IMG/VR virus record: IMGVR_UViG_3300034073_005389
Coordinates: 297,491 to 361,490 of that record
Length of the DNA stretch: 64,000 nt
Strand: one strand, 5' to 3'
Every line of letters starts with the position of its first letter. Positions within the stretch are counted from its first letter, which is position 1. The position numbers were made by a program, and so were the translations under genes. Positions 53,111-63,468 of this stretch are shown here, piece after piece. The notes under the pieces were generated by a model. That model was not told the DNA's origin, ran no database searches, and saw only the letters and a program-made list of their open reading frames with translations.

Positions 53111-53231
53111 GTTTACTCCAATCCACTGACAAGTGCCAGTAGACACCTATGGTTGTGCTGGTTGACCGATGGGTGTGAGCCGCTGAAACAAAATGCTCAG
53201 GTCTATATAGACCTGAGCACCTGTCAACTCG

Positions 53232-53480
53232 TCACCTCTCGTCAGTGAGAACCATCACGAACTCCTTGTCAAGCAAGATCTTGAGCGCATCATCCTGTTC
53301 GGATGGATGCAGCTGTACTTCCAAGGGGAAGAATCGGCTCCAATCATAGGCTCGAACCCGGTATTCTTCCGGCTCACCTGCACAGTCCCAAGTAGGACCT
53401 TTGGCTGGAACATAGTCCAGCTCCAGGTCTACGGTAATGGTTTTGTGGTTGCGTACGATCTGCATCTGAATGTCTTTCAT
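53232..53480 (-). CDS. Cassette hypothetical protein
   Basis: AGGAGG RBS. Confidence 0.65.
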   Translation of the reverse strand: MKDIQMQIVRNHKTITVDLELDYVPAKGPTWDCAGEPEEYRVRAYDWSRFFPLEVQLHPSEQDDALKILLDKEFVMVLTDER

Positions 53481-53574
53481 AAAACCTCCTGGGTCAATGG
53501 TGGTGTAGTAAGTTGACCGATGGGTGCATACAACTGAAAACGCTCATGGAACCATATGGATCCATGAGCATAAA

Positions 53575-53820
53575 CTAGATGATGTTGAGCCTGCTCCAAA
53601 ACCTTTGGCTTTCTTTCCCTACCTCACACAGAGGCAAAGGAGCGACTTCATTTTGAGCAAGCATGCGCCTGACTTTACGCCCTTCCTGGTCCTCCTTGAA
53701 ACCAGGAAGGCAAATAAAGTCTCTGGAAACGGCTTCAGAGAATGCGTCCTCCAACGCAATCTCGAACTGTTTCTCAGACTCGAACTTATAGCCACTGATA
53801 GTGTAAATGCACTGTGCCAT
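53575..53820 (-). CDS. Cassette hypothetical protein
   Basis: GGAGG RBS, start MAQCI. Confidence 0.6.
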   Translation of the reverse strand: MAQCIYTISGYKFESEKQFEIALEDAFSEAVSRDFICLPGFKEDQEGRKVRRMLAQNEVAPLPLCEVGKESQRFWSRLNII

Positions 53821-53939
53821 AAATAGCACCTCCGTAACCTACTTACTGCTTGTTGACCGATGGGTTACCTGGATTGAACTTAACAAAAAAACCCAGGCTT
53901 ACATGGACTCATTAGAATCCACATAAACCTGGGCTCTCA

Positions 53940-54167
53940 CTACCTCACCAACACGAAGGTGTTGGGTTGACCCAGCCAGCTGTTGAGCTGGGTCGCCATC
54001 TGCCTTGCATCTTGGTATGTGTACTCTTGTACACGAGTTATGCCGTTGCGAGTGTCTCGCAACTTCCAACCTTTCTCCTCGAACAATGCCAGGAAACAAT
54101 CCTGGCAAATCGGCTTGCAGTTGAACTTGCATGTGCTTGCGCTTTTATCACACATCTGGCAGTTCAT
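53940..54167 (-). CDS. Cassette Zn-finger-like protein
   Basis: CQMC...CQDC. Confidence 0.6.
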   Translation of the reverse strand: MNCQMCDKSASTCKFNCKPICQDCFLALFEEKGWKLRDTRNGITRVQEYTYQDARQMATQLNSWLGQPNTFVLVR

Positions 54168-54280
54168 AATGCCTTTCCATCTACTCTGTTTGGTGAGTAG
54201 ACACCTATACCTATCTATGTTGACCGATGGGTGCACACAACTGAAACGTTGTGCAGGAGTTGCCTCCTGCACAACCTTTC

Positions 54281-54739
54281 TCAGTAGTCGTCGCGACCCG
54301 ACCACCGATCCTGTTCCATGTACTGCATGTACCTCTCCTCCTCGTTCCAGTGCTCGTAGGGTCGCATCATACGAGCGTTGTAGTCTCTGAGTACCGACTC
54401 CAGCGCCTCCCGCTTGGCGTGGAGCCTGTTGATGTAGGCGTCTCGCTGCGCCTCCATCTCTTCGTTCACCTGCTCTCGTAGGTGATCGCGCTCCTCCTTG
54501 GTCAAGTCGCGACCAAGAGCAGACTCACGACTACAGAACTCCTCATACGCACGCTCTTGGAAGAGGTCATCCTCCATCTCACGTGCGTGGTCGTCCCAGT
54601 GGTAACGCTCGATCTGAGCATTGGTATCATTCCACTGAGAGGCGAGACCCTTGATGATCTCCTCCTTTGCCTGAGCGATCAGGCGCTCGTGGTCCGTAGC
54701 GTTTTCGGGGCACTCGATGTTGATCACGTATCCACGCAT
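54281..54739 (-). CDS. Cassette acidic protein, paralog of 45425-45865
   Basis: RPYEHWNEEERYMQYME. Confidence 0.7.
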   Translation of the reverse strand: MRGYVINIECPENATDHERLIAQAKEEIIKGLASQWNDTNAQIERYHWDDHAREMEDDLFQERAYEEFCSRESALGRDLTKEERDHLREQVNEEMEAQRDAYINRLHAKREALESVLRDYNARMMRPYEHWNEEERYMQYMEQDRWSGRDDY

Positions 54740-54867
54740 ATCAGCCTCCAGACAAGCCTTGATTGGCTCACTTATGTTTTTGCATGTTGACCGATGGGTA
54801 CAGCCCACTGAAAAAAAACCGTGTCAGGAAATTCCTGACACGGCTAGGTATGTACGCTAGTTGGCGA

Positions 54868-55074
54868 TCACTTGACCTTGATCACCAGACCGTTTTGCAC
54901 GGTCACCTCTGCGTACCAGGTATGGGGCTGCGGGTAGTGCGGTCCACCTACCGCAGTAGTCCCATTCTCTGGCGGGTTGCCGAGACCAGGTGCGTAAATA
55001 TGCACCGGTTTCCCGGCAGCCACATCATCCTTGAGTTGCTTCTTGGTCTTGTAGTTCTTGGTGGTGTAGAACAC
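54868..55074 (-). CDS. Cassette conserved small phage protein
   Basis: KTKKQLK...GPHYPQPHTWYA. Confidence 0.75.
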   Translation of the reverse strand: MFYTTKNYKTKKQLKDDVAAGKPVHIYAPGLGNPPENGTTAVGGPHYPQPHTWYAEVTVQNGLVIKVK

Positions 55075-55202
55075 TGAACCCTCCTAGACAAAGCCGTGAT
55101 TGGCTCAATGGTAGTTGTGCAGGTTGACCGATGGGTACGGACCACTGAAACATGCTTGGAAGCATTCGCTTCCAAGCACGTTTTGTTGAGAGTGTTGTTA
55201 GA

Positions 55203-56827
55203 TTACTTCTTGTTGCTCTCCTTGTAGAGTACGATCAGCTGTTCGTATACCTGGCTGTGATGGTACAATCCTTCCTGCCATTCCAGCAGGAGTTTTTTCA
55301 CCCTTTCCTGCTGAATCTCGTTGAGAGCGTTGTACAGGTACAGACCTGGCAGTTCCCCATCCCACAGCTGGGTGAGAAGCCTCTCCTCTTCCATGACCAG
55401 AGCCTTGATCTTCTGGTCGTACGCCAACTGCTTGCGCAGCTTGGCGATACGGTTTTTGATCTGGTGTACGGTGTTGCGGTTGCGGTTGCTCATGTGAGAC
55501 TCCGAGAAAGCCGTGTGTGGAGTTGTACGGCTCACATACAGTTATGCGGGTTGACCGATGGGTTAACTTGTTTGCATTTAACAAAAAAAACCCTTGGCTT
55601 GCTTGCGCAAACCAAGGGCTTTATCACTGCAACGAAAGCAAGAACATCTCTCCTTTCTGAGTGAAAGACTTGAGAATCATACCGCCAGCCATGGAGTAAA
55701 CTCCAAGGTCTGTGCCAGGATGAACTTTGCTGTTGAACTTTGCCACACGATCTCCATTGGGAGCCATGTAGGCAATGGTCAGCCCTTGCTCCAGGGCTTT
55801 CTCGAACTCAACGTGGCTAATCTGCATAGCTACCTCCTCGTATTGAAGTATGTATATTGACCGATGGGTGCAAACAACTAAAACTGCAAGCACCTGATTG
55901 CTCAGGTGCTTGCAAGAGTCAGTACATGCTGATGCTGTTCTCAATCTCTTGGTCTTGGCTCAACCGAGCCGCCTCCTTCCAGCGGCGCTGAACCATCCAA
56001 CGGGTGACCAGCCCGTTGTACTTGAATGCTTTTTCGCACGCTTCTACGGTTTTCCGCCATGCCTCTGCCGCCTTTTGGTTACCGGTGGCGGCAGCGAACT
56101 GCCCCTCCACCGAAGCCAGGATGGAGAGAGAGATGAAAGGCGTGCTGGATCGCATGATCTTCATGTTTATCTCCTAGAGCCATTGGTTGATTGGCTCACT
56201 TGTAGTTGTGCAGGTTGACCGATGGGTACATACCACTAAAACTGCAAGTACCTGATTGCTCAGGTACTTGCGTGTTTCATGAGTTCACGTATTCCTCCTC
56301 TGCCTTATTGATGATGCGGTGCGCCAAGTTGTCAATCTCATCCATCTCTGCCTCGGTGGCTTGGTCGAGCGCACCCGCAGACACAAGCTCCATCACCTTC
56401 AGATGAAGGTTGCCGATGTTATGGCAACCATTCACGTAGTTGTATTCTCCTCGGATCTTTCCGAAATGGTTCTTGTTACAAGCAAACCCGTTGTTACGGA
56501 GATGCTTGATGACCAGGGGGATCAGCCTACCCAGTTGCATAACTTGCCTTTCCGAGCCATAGTGGCTCACTTATGTTTTTGGAAGTTGACCGATGGGTAC
56601 AACCAACTGAAACATGCTCAGGATTGCTCCTAAGCATGCTTGTCTCAGAGAGATAGGCGAGATACCACCCTGCACCCCTGACGAACCAACGAGGCAAACA
56701 TGCGCTCCCAGTTGTCCTCAGAGACGAGCATGGTTGCCTCGTCTCCTTCTTTGGTAATGTACCACAGGCGTACATTACATTTTTCTTTGATCCCAGGGCT
56801 AACTGCCCTGGGTTTTAGCTTACTCAC
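55203..56827 (-). other. Five single-gene cassettes with small hypothetical proteins
   Basis: 55203-55493, 55624-55827, 55919-56164, 56277-56540, 56645-56827; each between a motif copy and a 3' hairpin. Confidence 0.6.
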
Positions 56828-57039
56828 GTCTACTTATCCTTTCTTGCGTGAACAATAGTCCAACGCAAAGAAAAAGAACCCCATAGAACATGAAGTCAAA
56901 TAACTCCATAACTATGTTTGTACATGTTGACCGATGGGTGCGAACCATTGAAACAAGAACCCAGGATTGCTGTTGCAATCCTGGGTTCTTATCTGCTCAC
57001 CCACCGGAATCCGTTAGGACTCAACAGTGGGTGAGTGTG

Positions 57040-57900
57040 TCAACCGAGCGCCAGCTTCGCCAGGGCGATTGCGCCCTCCCGACTGCGGGCGCCGCCGATG
57101 AACCGTGCGTTGTGGCAGAATACGGAATCATGAACTCCAGTCACTGCCGCCAGCTGTTCGTTTCGTAGCCCCGCCCATGCCTCGGGGAGCGGTCGGCGTT
57201 GCCCGAAGCTCCCCATGCTGGGCGGAACGCACTGGACCAGCCAGTCGTCCGCTTGGGGGAACACGAGGAAGAGCGCGTGGGTGCTCTCCTCCACCACCGT
57301 CTGCATGACCGGCATGAACCGGTCCAGAACGATGATCTTCCCCTCGATTGCGTTGGAGATGGCGTGGCGAGCGCCCTCCAACGCGAGCATCCGACCCTGC
57401 GCAGAGGCGATCACCCTGCGCAGGTGTGCCTCTGCAAACTCGACGGCGCGGGCGAATGCGTCGTCGAAGTTTTGCGCCTCGTGCCAGCAGGGGTTGAACC
57501 CGCTGACCACATCAGAGAAGGTGTGGTGATCCACACCTTCAGTAATGCTGCGGGTGCCGTACCCGCAGTCGAGGGCGTCAACCGCCCAGATGAGGTCGCT
57601 TTCGACCTCCCCCTCCACGCCGGGGGCGATGGAAGCACCAAAGTGCTTCCACACGAGACCGGCGCTGCTGTAGGGCACCCCATTGGGGCGCACGCCAGCG
57701 CCCCCCTTCTGGTGGTGGTCGAATCGTAGCGTGGTGGGGTCATAGACCCCTCCCACGTCCACAACAACCATCCCCATCTCGATCACCTTGGGATCGCGGG
57801 TCCGGATAACCGGACCCTCGAACCCCGCCATGCGCAAAATAGCGCAGGCGAGAACGTCGTCGGCGTGGAAGGGACCATTGTGAGTGACAATACTGCTCAT
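57040..57900 (-). CDS. MYG1/UPF0160-family DHH exonuclease
   Basis: THNGPFHADD, RTRD, DVGGVYD, FDHHQ, SSAGLVW, FCH. Confidence 0.9.
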   Translation of the reverse strand: MSSIVTHNGPFHADDVLACAILRMAGFEGPVIRTRDPKVIEMGMVVVDVGGVYDPTTLRFDHHQKGGAGVRPNGVPYSSAGLVWKHFGASIAPGVEGEVESDLIWAVDALDCGYGTRSITEGVDHHTFSDVVSGFNPCWHEAQNFDDAFARAVEFAEAHLRRVIASAQGRMLALEGARHAISNAIEGKIIVLDRFMPVMQTVVEESTHALFLVFPQADDWLVQCVPPSMGSFGQRRPLPEAWAGLRNEQLAAVTGVHDSVFCHNARFIGGARSREGAIALAKLALG

Positions 57901-58032
57901 GTGAGCCTCCTAGAAAGCCGTGTGTGAAGTTGTACGGCTCACATACAGTTGTGCAAGTTGACCGATGGGTACAAGCCATGTAGAAAATCGGTGAGTCAGA
58001 ATCTCGAAAGACTCAATGACTCACCGAGTGTG

Positions 58033-58506
58033 TCAACCGTAGAGCGTTCGGAGGGTCGCGCAAACGCGCGTCGCCTCCGATTGTTGGAACCGCTCCACTT
58101 TCTGGAGCAGTTCGATTGACTCTTCCCGGTCCATGCCGGGAAGCTGACGGAGTGCCAGCAACAGCAGTTTGCTGCTGGCGGTGGGTGCGCCGTCGAAGCG
58201 CACCACCTCACCGTTGAGGGTGAGGGAGAAGGGCTCATCGCCCTCCTCGCCCTCGCCCTCGCCCTCATTGCCGAGTGCCTCACCGAGTGACCATGCGGTC
58301 ACTCGGTGGGAGGAGGTGCCTGAGTGCCCGTCAAGGCGCACCGACACCCCCTCCTCGTGGGTGAGGGTAAGAACTGCGGGGAGGAGTAACGTACTCCTCC
58401 CGATGTGGTGCCTGAACGAGCCGAGGACAATCGCCCCCAGCTCGTTCAGCACCACCTGGCGGGGTTCAAACCCCGCCATGGCTGCGAAACCAGTTGCAAT
58501 AATCAT
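58033..58506 (-). CDS. Cassette hypothetical protein
   Basis: AGGAGG RBS, start MIIAT. Confidence 0.6.
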   Translation of the reverse strand: MIIATGFAAMAGFEPRQVVLNELGAIVLGSFRHHIGRSTLLLPAVLTLTHEEGVSVRLDGHSGTSSHRVTAWSLGEALGNEGEGEGEEGDEPFSLTLNGEVVRFDGAPTASSKLLLLALRQLPGMDREESIELLQKVERFQQSEATRVCATLRTLYG

Positions 58507-58680
58507 TGCAACCTCCTTGCAGAGTCTATCCACTACCCGTAATAGATCAGCATGACCTGTCATCAGGTAACAGCTTCGACTCTCACATACAGTTGTGCAA
58601 GTTGACCGATGGGTACAAGCCATGTAGAATCAGTGAGCCGGAATCCCGAAGGACTCAACAGCTCACTGATTCCGGGACAC

Positions 58681-58911
58681 CTACAGATCGTAGACGCCCC
58701 GTTGTCCCACGATTGACCAAGAGGAGTACTCCTCTTGGTCAATCATGGTTGTGTGTCCGACGATGAGGTTTTCAAACCTCTCGTCGGTCACCAGTTTGTA
58801 GGCGTCGCCACGTAGCAACGCCTTTGCCGCCCGCATGGCGAGCGGCAGAGGGAGACCCGTCTTTCGACGGATCTCCCTCCCCAAAACCACACGTCTTCGT
58901 TTCAGTGTCAT
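58681..58911 (-). CDS. Cassette basic hypothetical protein
   Basis: GGAGG RBS, start MTLKRRR. Confidence 0.6.
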   Translation of the reverse strand: MTLKRRRVVLGREIRRKTGLPLPLAMRAAKALLRGDAYKLVTDERFENLIVGHTTMIDQEEYSSWSIVGQRGVYDL

Positions 58912-59059
58912 TTGACACCTCCACTTACTTGTTTGCAAGTTGACCGATGGGTGCGTGCCAGTTAGATTGACCAGCCGGAATCCCGAAGGACTCAACAGCT
59001 GGTCAATACTACCCCCTCACTGAAGCTCAACCCTCTCAGGGAACTTCAGTGAGGGACCT

Positions 59060-59407
59060 TCACACCTCACACCAGGGAATAGTCTCCCTGGTGAAATCCT
59101 CCTCCACCTCATGCCAGCCGAACTGGTCGGCATGAGGTGAAACCCTCCCCACGTAGCGGACCAAACGAAATGGTCCGCTGTGGGGGTAGTCCGTATCGTA
59201 CGCGGCGGACTCTTCGTCCACCTCGTACGCCACCACCCACGCCATTCCGGCGTGGAAGCCACGCGCCCACGGGGGCGCGTCGTCGCCCCGAAGAGCCCAG
59301 AGCCCTTCGGGGTGGGTATAGAGGAGGTCACGGACCTCCTCCATGGTGGGGATGGGGAGGTCCGTCTCCGGAACCTCCCCATCCCAATCAGGAAACATCA
59401 CCCTCAT
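59060..59407 (-). CDS. Cassette acidic hypothetical protein
   Basis: AGGAGG RBS, start MRVMF. Confidence 0.65.
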   Translation of the reverse strand: MRVMFPDWDGEVPETDLPIPTMEEVRDLLYTHPEGLWALRGDDAPPWARGFHAGMAWVVAYEVDEESAAYDTDYPHSGPFRLVRYVGRVSPHADQFGWHEVEEDFTRETIPWCEV

Positions 59408-59575
59408 GGTGACCTCCTTGTAGAGTCTATCCACTACCCGCAACAGATCACCACGATCTATTATCAGGCAGTAGCTTCGACCCTCACATACAGTTATGCA
59501 AGTTGACCGATGGGTGCACGCCAGTTAGATTGACCAGCCGGAATCCCGAAGGACTCAACAGCTGGTCAATCTCAC

Positions 59576-59797
59576 TCACTGCGGGAGGAAGCTCCGAAGA
59601 GCCTCCATCGCCACAGCGAGGGTTGCGCCCCCGCCCGTGCGGTCCCACGCCCCTCGGGCGTGGTTCTCCGCTGCTGGCACGTAGGTGACGTGCCAGCAGC
59701 GCCCGCAGGCGCACCCATCCGGGGAAGGTGGCGTGATCTCCACCTTCCCCGGACCCCAGGCGGCACAAGCCGCCTGTACCAGAGATTCGAAGTCCAT
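59576..59797 (-). CDS. Cassette hypothetical protein
   Basis: AGGAGG RBS, start MDFES. Confidence 0.6.
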   Translation of the reverse strand: MDFESLVQAACAAWGPGKVEITPPSPDGCACGRCWHVTYVPAAENHARGAWDRTGGGATLAVAMEALRSFLPQ

Positions 59798-59972
59798 GTG
59801 GACCTCCTCAGAGAGCGTATCCACTACCCGCAATAGATCACCACGATCTATCATCAGATAGAGGTTTCCACCCTCACATGCAGTTATGCAGGTTGACCGA
59901 TGGGTGCGAGCAGTGTAGAAACTCGGCAAGCCGGAATCCCTTACGGGACTCAACAGCTTGCCGAGGGGGGAG

Positions 59973-60185
59973 TCAATGAAGCTTGAAAAGCTTCATTGCC
60001 TCCCCCGCTGTCATTTTTTGCGGGAAGTCGTATTCATATACGACCCCCGCTACGTCGTACGTGAGTCCGAGGTACACAAGTACCTCGGACTCTGGGGGGA
60101 GGACTGCCAGCCTCTGGCAGTCCTCCCCGTGCAAATATGGATAGCCCCATAAATCGGGGCTCATCCACTCGTAGAATTCCTCCAT
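59973..60185 (-). CDS. Cassette protein, paralog of 61286-61489
   Basis: M.EFYE...LP..SEV.VY.G..Y...G.VY....P..MTA.EA.K.F. Confidence 0.7.
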   Translation of the reverse strand: MEEFYEWMSPDLWGYPYLHGEDCQRLAVLPPESEVLVYLGLTYDVAGVVYEYDFPQKMTAGEAMKLFKLH

Positions 60186-60447
60186 GGAATTCTCCTTAGA
60201 GAGCGTATCCACTACCCGCAATAGATCACCATAATCCATTATCAGGTAACAGCTTCAACTCTCACATACAGTTACGCAGGTTGACCGATGGGTGCAAGCC
60301 ATGTATATTAACAAAAAAATTGAAATACTCATATACTCTTGTGTGAAAAGAAATAAGTAACTTATACAAGTTGACCGATGGGTGCAAGCCGTGTAGAGTA
60401 ACGAGCCGGAATCCTTTGCAGGACTCAACGACTCGTCACTCGCATTG

Positions 60448-61110
60448 TTACTTGCGATTTTTCTTGCCACCAAAGTGGCTCAGAAAACTCGCAATCGCAC
60501 CCGCCGATGCGGGCTCACCTCGCACCGGAGGCGGAGGGGGAGGAGGAGGGGGAGGAGGAGGAGGGGGAGGGTATTCTGAATAATACCTCTCCTTATAATA
60601 CTCCTCCTTCAATCCCCCTGCACTCATGACAAAGCGCGAATACGCGATTTTGTCATGAAAGTTCTCCCAAGAGACCGACCAATCAGCCTCAATTGGGAGA
60701 ACCAGCCACTCTTTGCTGCGGTTTCCATACCGGGACGTGCTCAAATCCCGGTGAAGTTTACACCCCCGGAACACCGGGTCCCCCAGGGTGTAGCGTTTCC
60801 CCCCTTGGGGGATTGCCCTGACCGTGACGCATTGCGCCACGATCAGATCGTCGGCAGCCTTTTCAGCTGCCTTGCGTGCGGCTTCTTCAGCCGCTTTGGC
60901 TGCTTGCGCAGCCTCCCGCGCAGCTGCCTGCGCCGCCCGCTCCGCCCGCTCCTCCGCCAGACGAGCCTCTACCTGGGCGGCAAATGCCGGGTCCAGGTAG
61001 CTCCTTCCCGCCGCCCCGATAGGCGGCGGAGCCGCTTGCCCCCACGGATCGTAGGAGCCGCGCTGCGTGCCGGGCTCCTCCCCGTTGAGATAACGGTTCC
61101 AGTCACCCAT
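60448..61110 (-). CDS. Cassette protein with Ala/Glu/Lys helix and poly-Pro tract
   Basis: GGAGG RBS; AAEEAARKAAEK; run of about 14 Pro. Confidence 0.7.
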   Translation of the reverse strand: MGDWNRYLNGEEPGTQRGSYDPWGQAAPPPIGAAGRSYLDPAFAAQVEARLAEERAERAAQAAAREAAQAAKAAEEAARKAAEKAADDLIVAQCVTVRAIPQGGKRYTLGDPVFRGCKLHRDLSTSRYGNRSKEWLVLPIEADWSVSWENFHDKIAYSRFVMSAGGLKEEYYKERYYSEYPPPPPPPPPPPPPPPVRGEPASAGAIASFLSHFGGKKNRK

Positions 61111-61285
61111 AGGTGACCTCCTTGTAGAGTCTATCCACTACCCGCAATAGATCACCATGATCTATTATCAGGTAGAGGCTTCCACTCTCACATGCAGTTA
61201 TGCAGGTTGACCGATGGGTGCGAGCAGTGTAGAAACTCGACAAGCCGGAATCCCTTGCGAGACTCAACGGCTTGCCGAGCGACGG

Positions 61286-61489
61286 TCAGAGGAAGGCTTT
61301 TTGAGCCTCCTCTGCCGTCATTACTTCCGGGGCGCCGTGTTGGTACACGTACCCCGACATTTCGTATTCAATTCCGAAGTACACGCGTACTTCGGAATCG
61401 ATCGGGAGGGCGCGGAGGCGGACTTTATCCGCCTCCGCGAGCCAGGCGCGACCTACGTCGCCCCCCCCGCACTCGTAGAATTCCTGCAT
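61286..61489 (-). CDS. Cassette protein, paralog of 59973-60185
   Basis: See paralog alignment; AAGGAG RBS. Confidence 0.7.
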   Translation of the reverse strand: MQEFYECGGGDVGRAWLAEADKVRLRALPIDSEVRVYFGIEYEMSGYVYQHGAPEVMTAEEAQKAFL

Positions 61490-61804
61490 GGAATTCTCCT
61501 TAGAGAGCGTATCCACTACCCGTAACAGATCACCACGATCTATTATCAGATAGGGGCTTCCACTCTCACATATAGTTGTGCAGGTTGACCGATGGGTGCA
61601 GACCATGTATATTAACAAAAAAATTGAAGCAATCAACCGCTACTCGGTATTACTTGCGTGCCTTGTCGAGAAAATAATAAGTAAATAAATAAATACAAAA
61701 CAATAACTTGAATAGCCATAGATTCAAATAAGTTGACCGATGGGTGCAAACCACCAAAACTTGAACCCCCGGACTCACCTATACAGATGAGCCGGGGGTC
61801 CATC

Positions 61805-62035
61805 TCAGTCGGCACCTCCTTTCTCGGTTGCGGTGGCGGCGGTGGCGTACCCGTGGAACCACGGGTCGCCACCACCGATGAGGTGGGCGTCGGAGGCTGC
61901 CCAGTCAGCCTCCGACATGTTGTTGAGGGCGCGGGGACCCCAGTAGGGTCCCGCCCCCGAACCAAAGGTAAAGGCGTCACCTGGGGACGCCTCTACCTCC
62001 CAGGTTTTACCCTGGAAAACAACGACGCACTTCAT
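61805..62035 (-). CDS. Cassette hypothetical protein
   Basis: Between motif 62096 and 3' hairpin. Confidence 0.55.
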   Translation of the reverse strand: MKCVVVFQGKTWEVEASPGDAFTFGSGAGPYWGPRALNNMSEADWAASDAHLIGGGDPWFHGYATAATATEKGGAD

Positions 62036-62259
62036 GTGCGCCCCTTTCTGAGAGCCTCGGCGGGATTGCCATAGCTCTCACATACAGTTACGCAGGTTGA
62101 CCGATGGGTGCGAACCATGCAAACAAAAAAGTGGATGGTCTTTCGACCATCCACTCATCTAGCTGCGGTCTCGCTCCAGATTGGTGGAGTCCCCGCTCAG
62201 GACTGCTAGAGTCCCCTCAGGTTACGCCTGAGGACGTTCCCTCGTCACCACCGAGAAGA

Positions 62260-62619
62260 TCAGACGATCTCTCGGAAAGCGACGAACCCGAATACGGCGG
62301 TCTTGGTGACCGAACCGTCAGGGTTCGTCACTTCGACGGAGCGTCGCTCCGTCGTGGTGACGACCACCCGTCGCCCCTTGGAGAGCAGGCTCCGGATGGT
62401 GGTGTAGACCAGGGAGGTTTCTCCCATGATCATCACCACGTCTCCGGGAGCGCATTGCTCCACCAAAGTGGCGGCGAGGGTGGCAACTTCCGCCATGGTG
62501 GCGGAAGCGGGGACGTTCGGGAACGCGATGTCCCTGATGTCCCCGCCGAGCGCCTTGGCGGCGCTCAGCTGGTCCTCGCCCCACTTCTGGGACGGGTGGT
62601 TAGAAATGTTCACAAACAT
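62260..62619 (-). CDS. csx20: Csx20-like CRISPR-associated (putative ring nuclease) protein
   Basis: FVNISNHPS.KW...Q..AA..G.I.D..FP.V, MGE, TTER, K...F.FV.FRE pattern recalled for Csx20-type proteins. Confidence 0.65.
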   Translation of the reverse strand: MFVNISNHPSQKWGEDQLSAAKALGGDIRDIAFPNVPASATMAEVATLAATLVEQCAPGDVVMIMGETSLVYTTIRSLLSKGRRVVVTTTERRSVEVTNPDGSVTKTAVFGFVAFREIV

Positions 62620-63149
62620 TTCCAACCTTCCTATCGGCTTGATCGGGCTCCTCTATCAAGCCCAGCCGATAACCCTACCACAAGCGATGAATCAACATGA
62701 CTCATCATCAAGCGGCAGGCTCACTTATAGTTGTGCAGGTTGACCGATGGGTGCAGACCCCTGAAATAAAAAACCCCCCGGTCACTCCTGCCCACTATCA
62801 CCCGGTGCCTTTCAGCGTTGGTGAAGTGTTTTTATGGCAATAATTGGAGGGACCGGGGGGGATGCTAGGTCATAACAGCATCCTCCTATAACTGTCACTT
62901 CACTTAGTAACAGTTACACTAATAGATAAGTATGTTGACCGATGGGTGCGGACCCCTGAAATAAAAAAACCCCGCCACGCTGCAAAGCGTGGCGGGGCAC
63001 AACAGGGCATAGAGATAACCCTTTCCGTAGCCTATAGTAGTAAGATAACTCCTTCCGGCAAAATGCTCCGAAGTTATCTTCGTACCTTAGCTACACTAAT
63101 AGATAAGTATGTTGACCGATGGGTTAACTTGTTTGCATTTAACAAATAA

Positions 63150-63468
63150 AAAAACCCTGACCAGCTTTCGCCAGTCAGGGTTTGTATGAACGGCGTAGGG
63201 ACTCTGCCTCCCTCTTTCACCCTCTAAGTCACGGGCTCCGTTCTACTTGGTCCTTTGAGCATCGCAATGGTGTGCGTGCTCGTTTTTCCTCCGCGCCGAC
63301 CCCAGGGTAGGACTCTTTGCCCCGTATCGGGTTTGCGTGTGCGCTTATCCCGCCCTGTCTATCCAGGTTTCAGGCGGTTCTTTCCCGGCGCGCACAATGG
63401 GTCCTATAAAGGACCGTCAGTAGGGGAACACATAAGTGTCCGAGATCCCCAGATGCAACTAGCATCCT
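63150..63468 (-). ncRNA. Candidate structured non-coding RNA (~320 nt)
   Basis: Between motif 63484 and a terminator; no RBS-led ORF; nested long-range stems. Confidence 0.5.

Larger units (their letters stand above)
58521..61596 (-). repeat. Six copies of a ~93-bp motif + structured 5' leader unit
   Basis: At about 58521, 59421, 59811, 60199, 61126, 61503; + strand core TATCCACTACCCG(C/T)AA(T/C)AGATCA...ATCAG. Confidence 0.85.
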
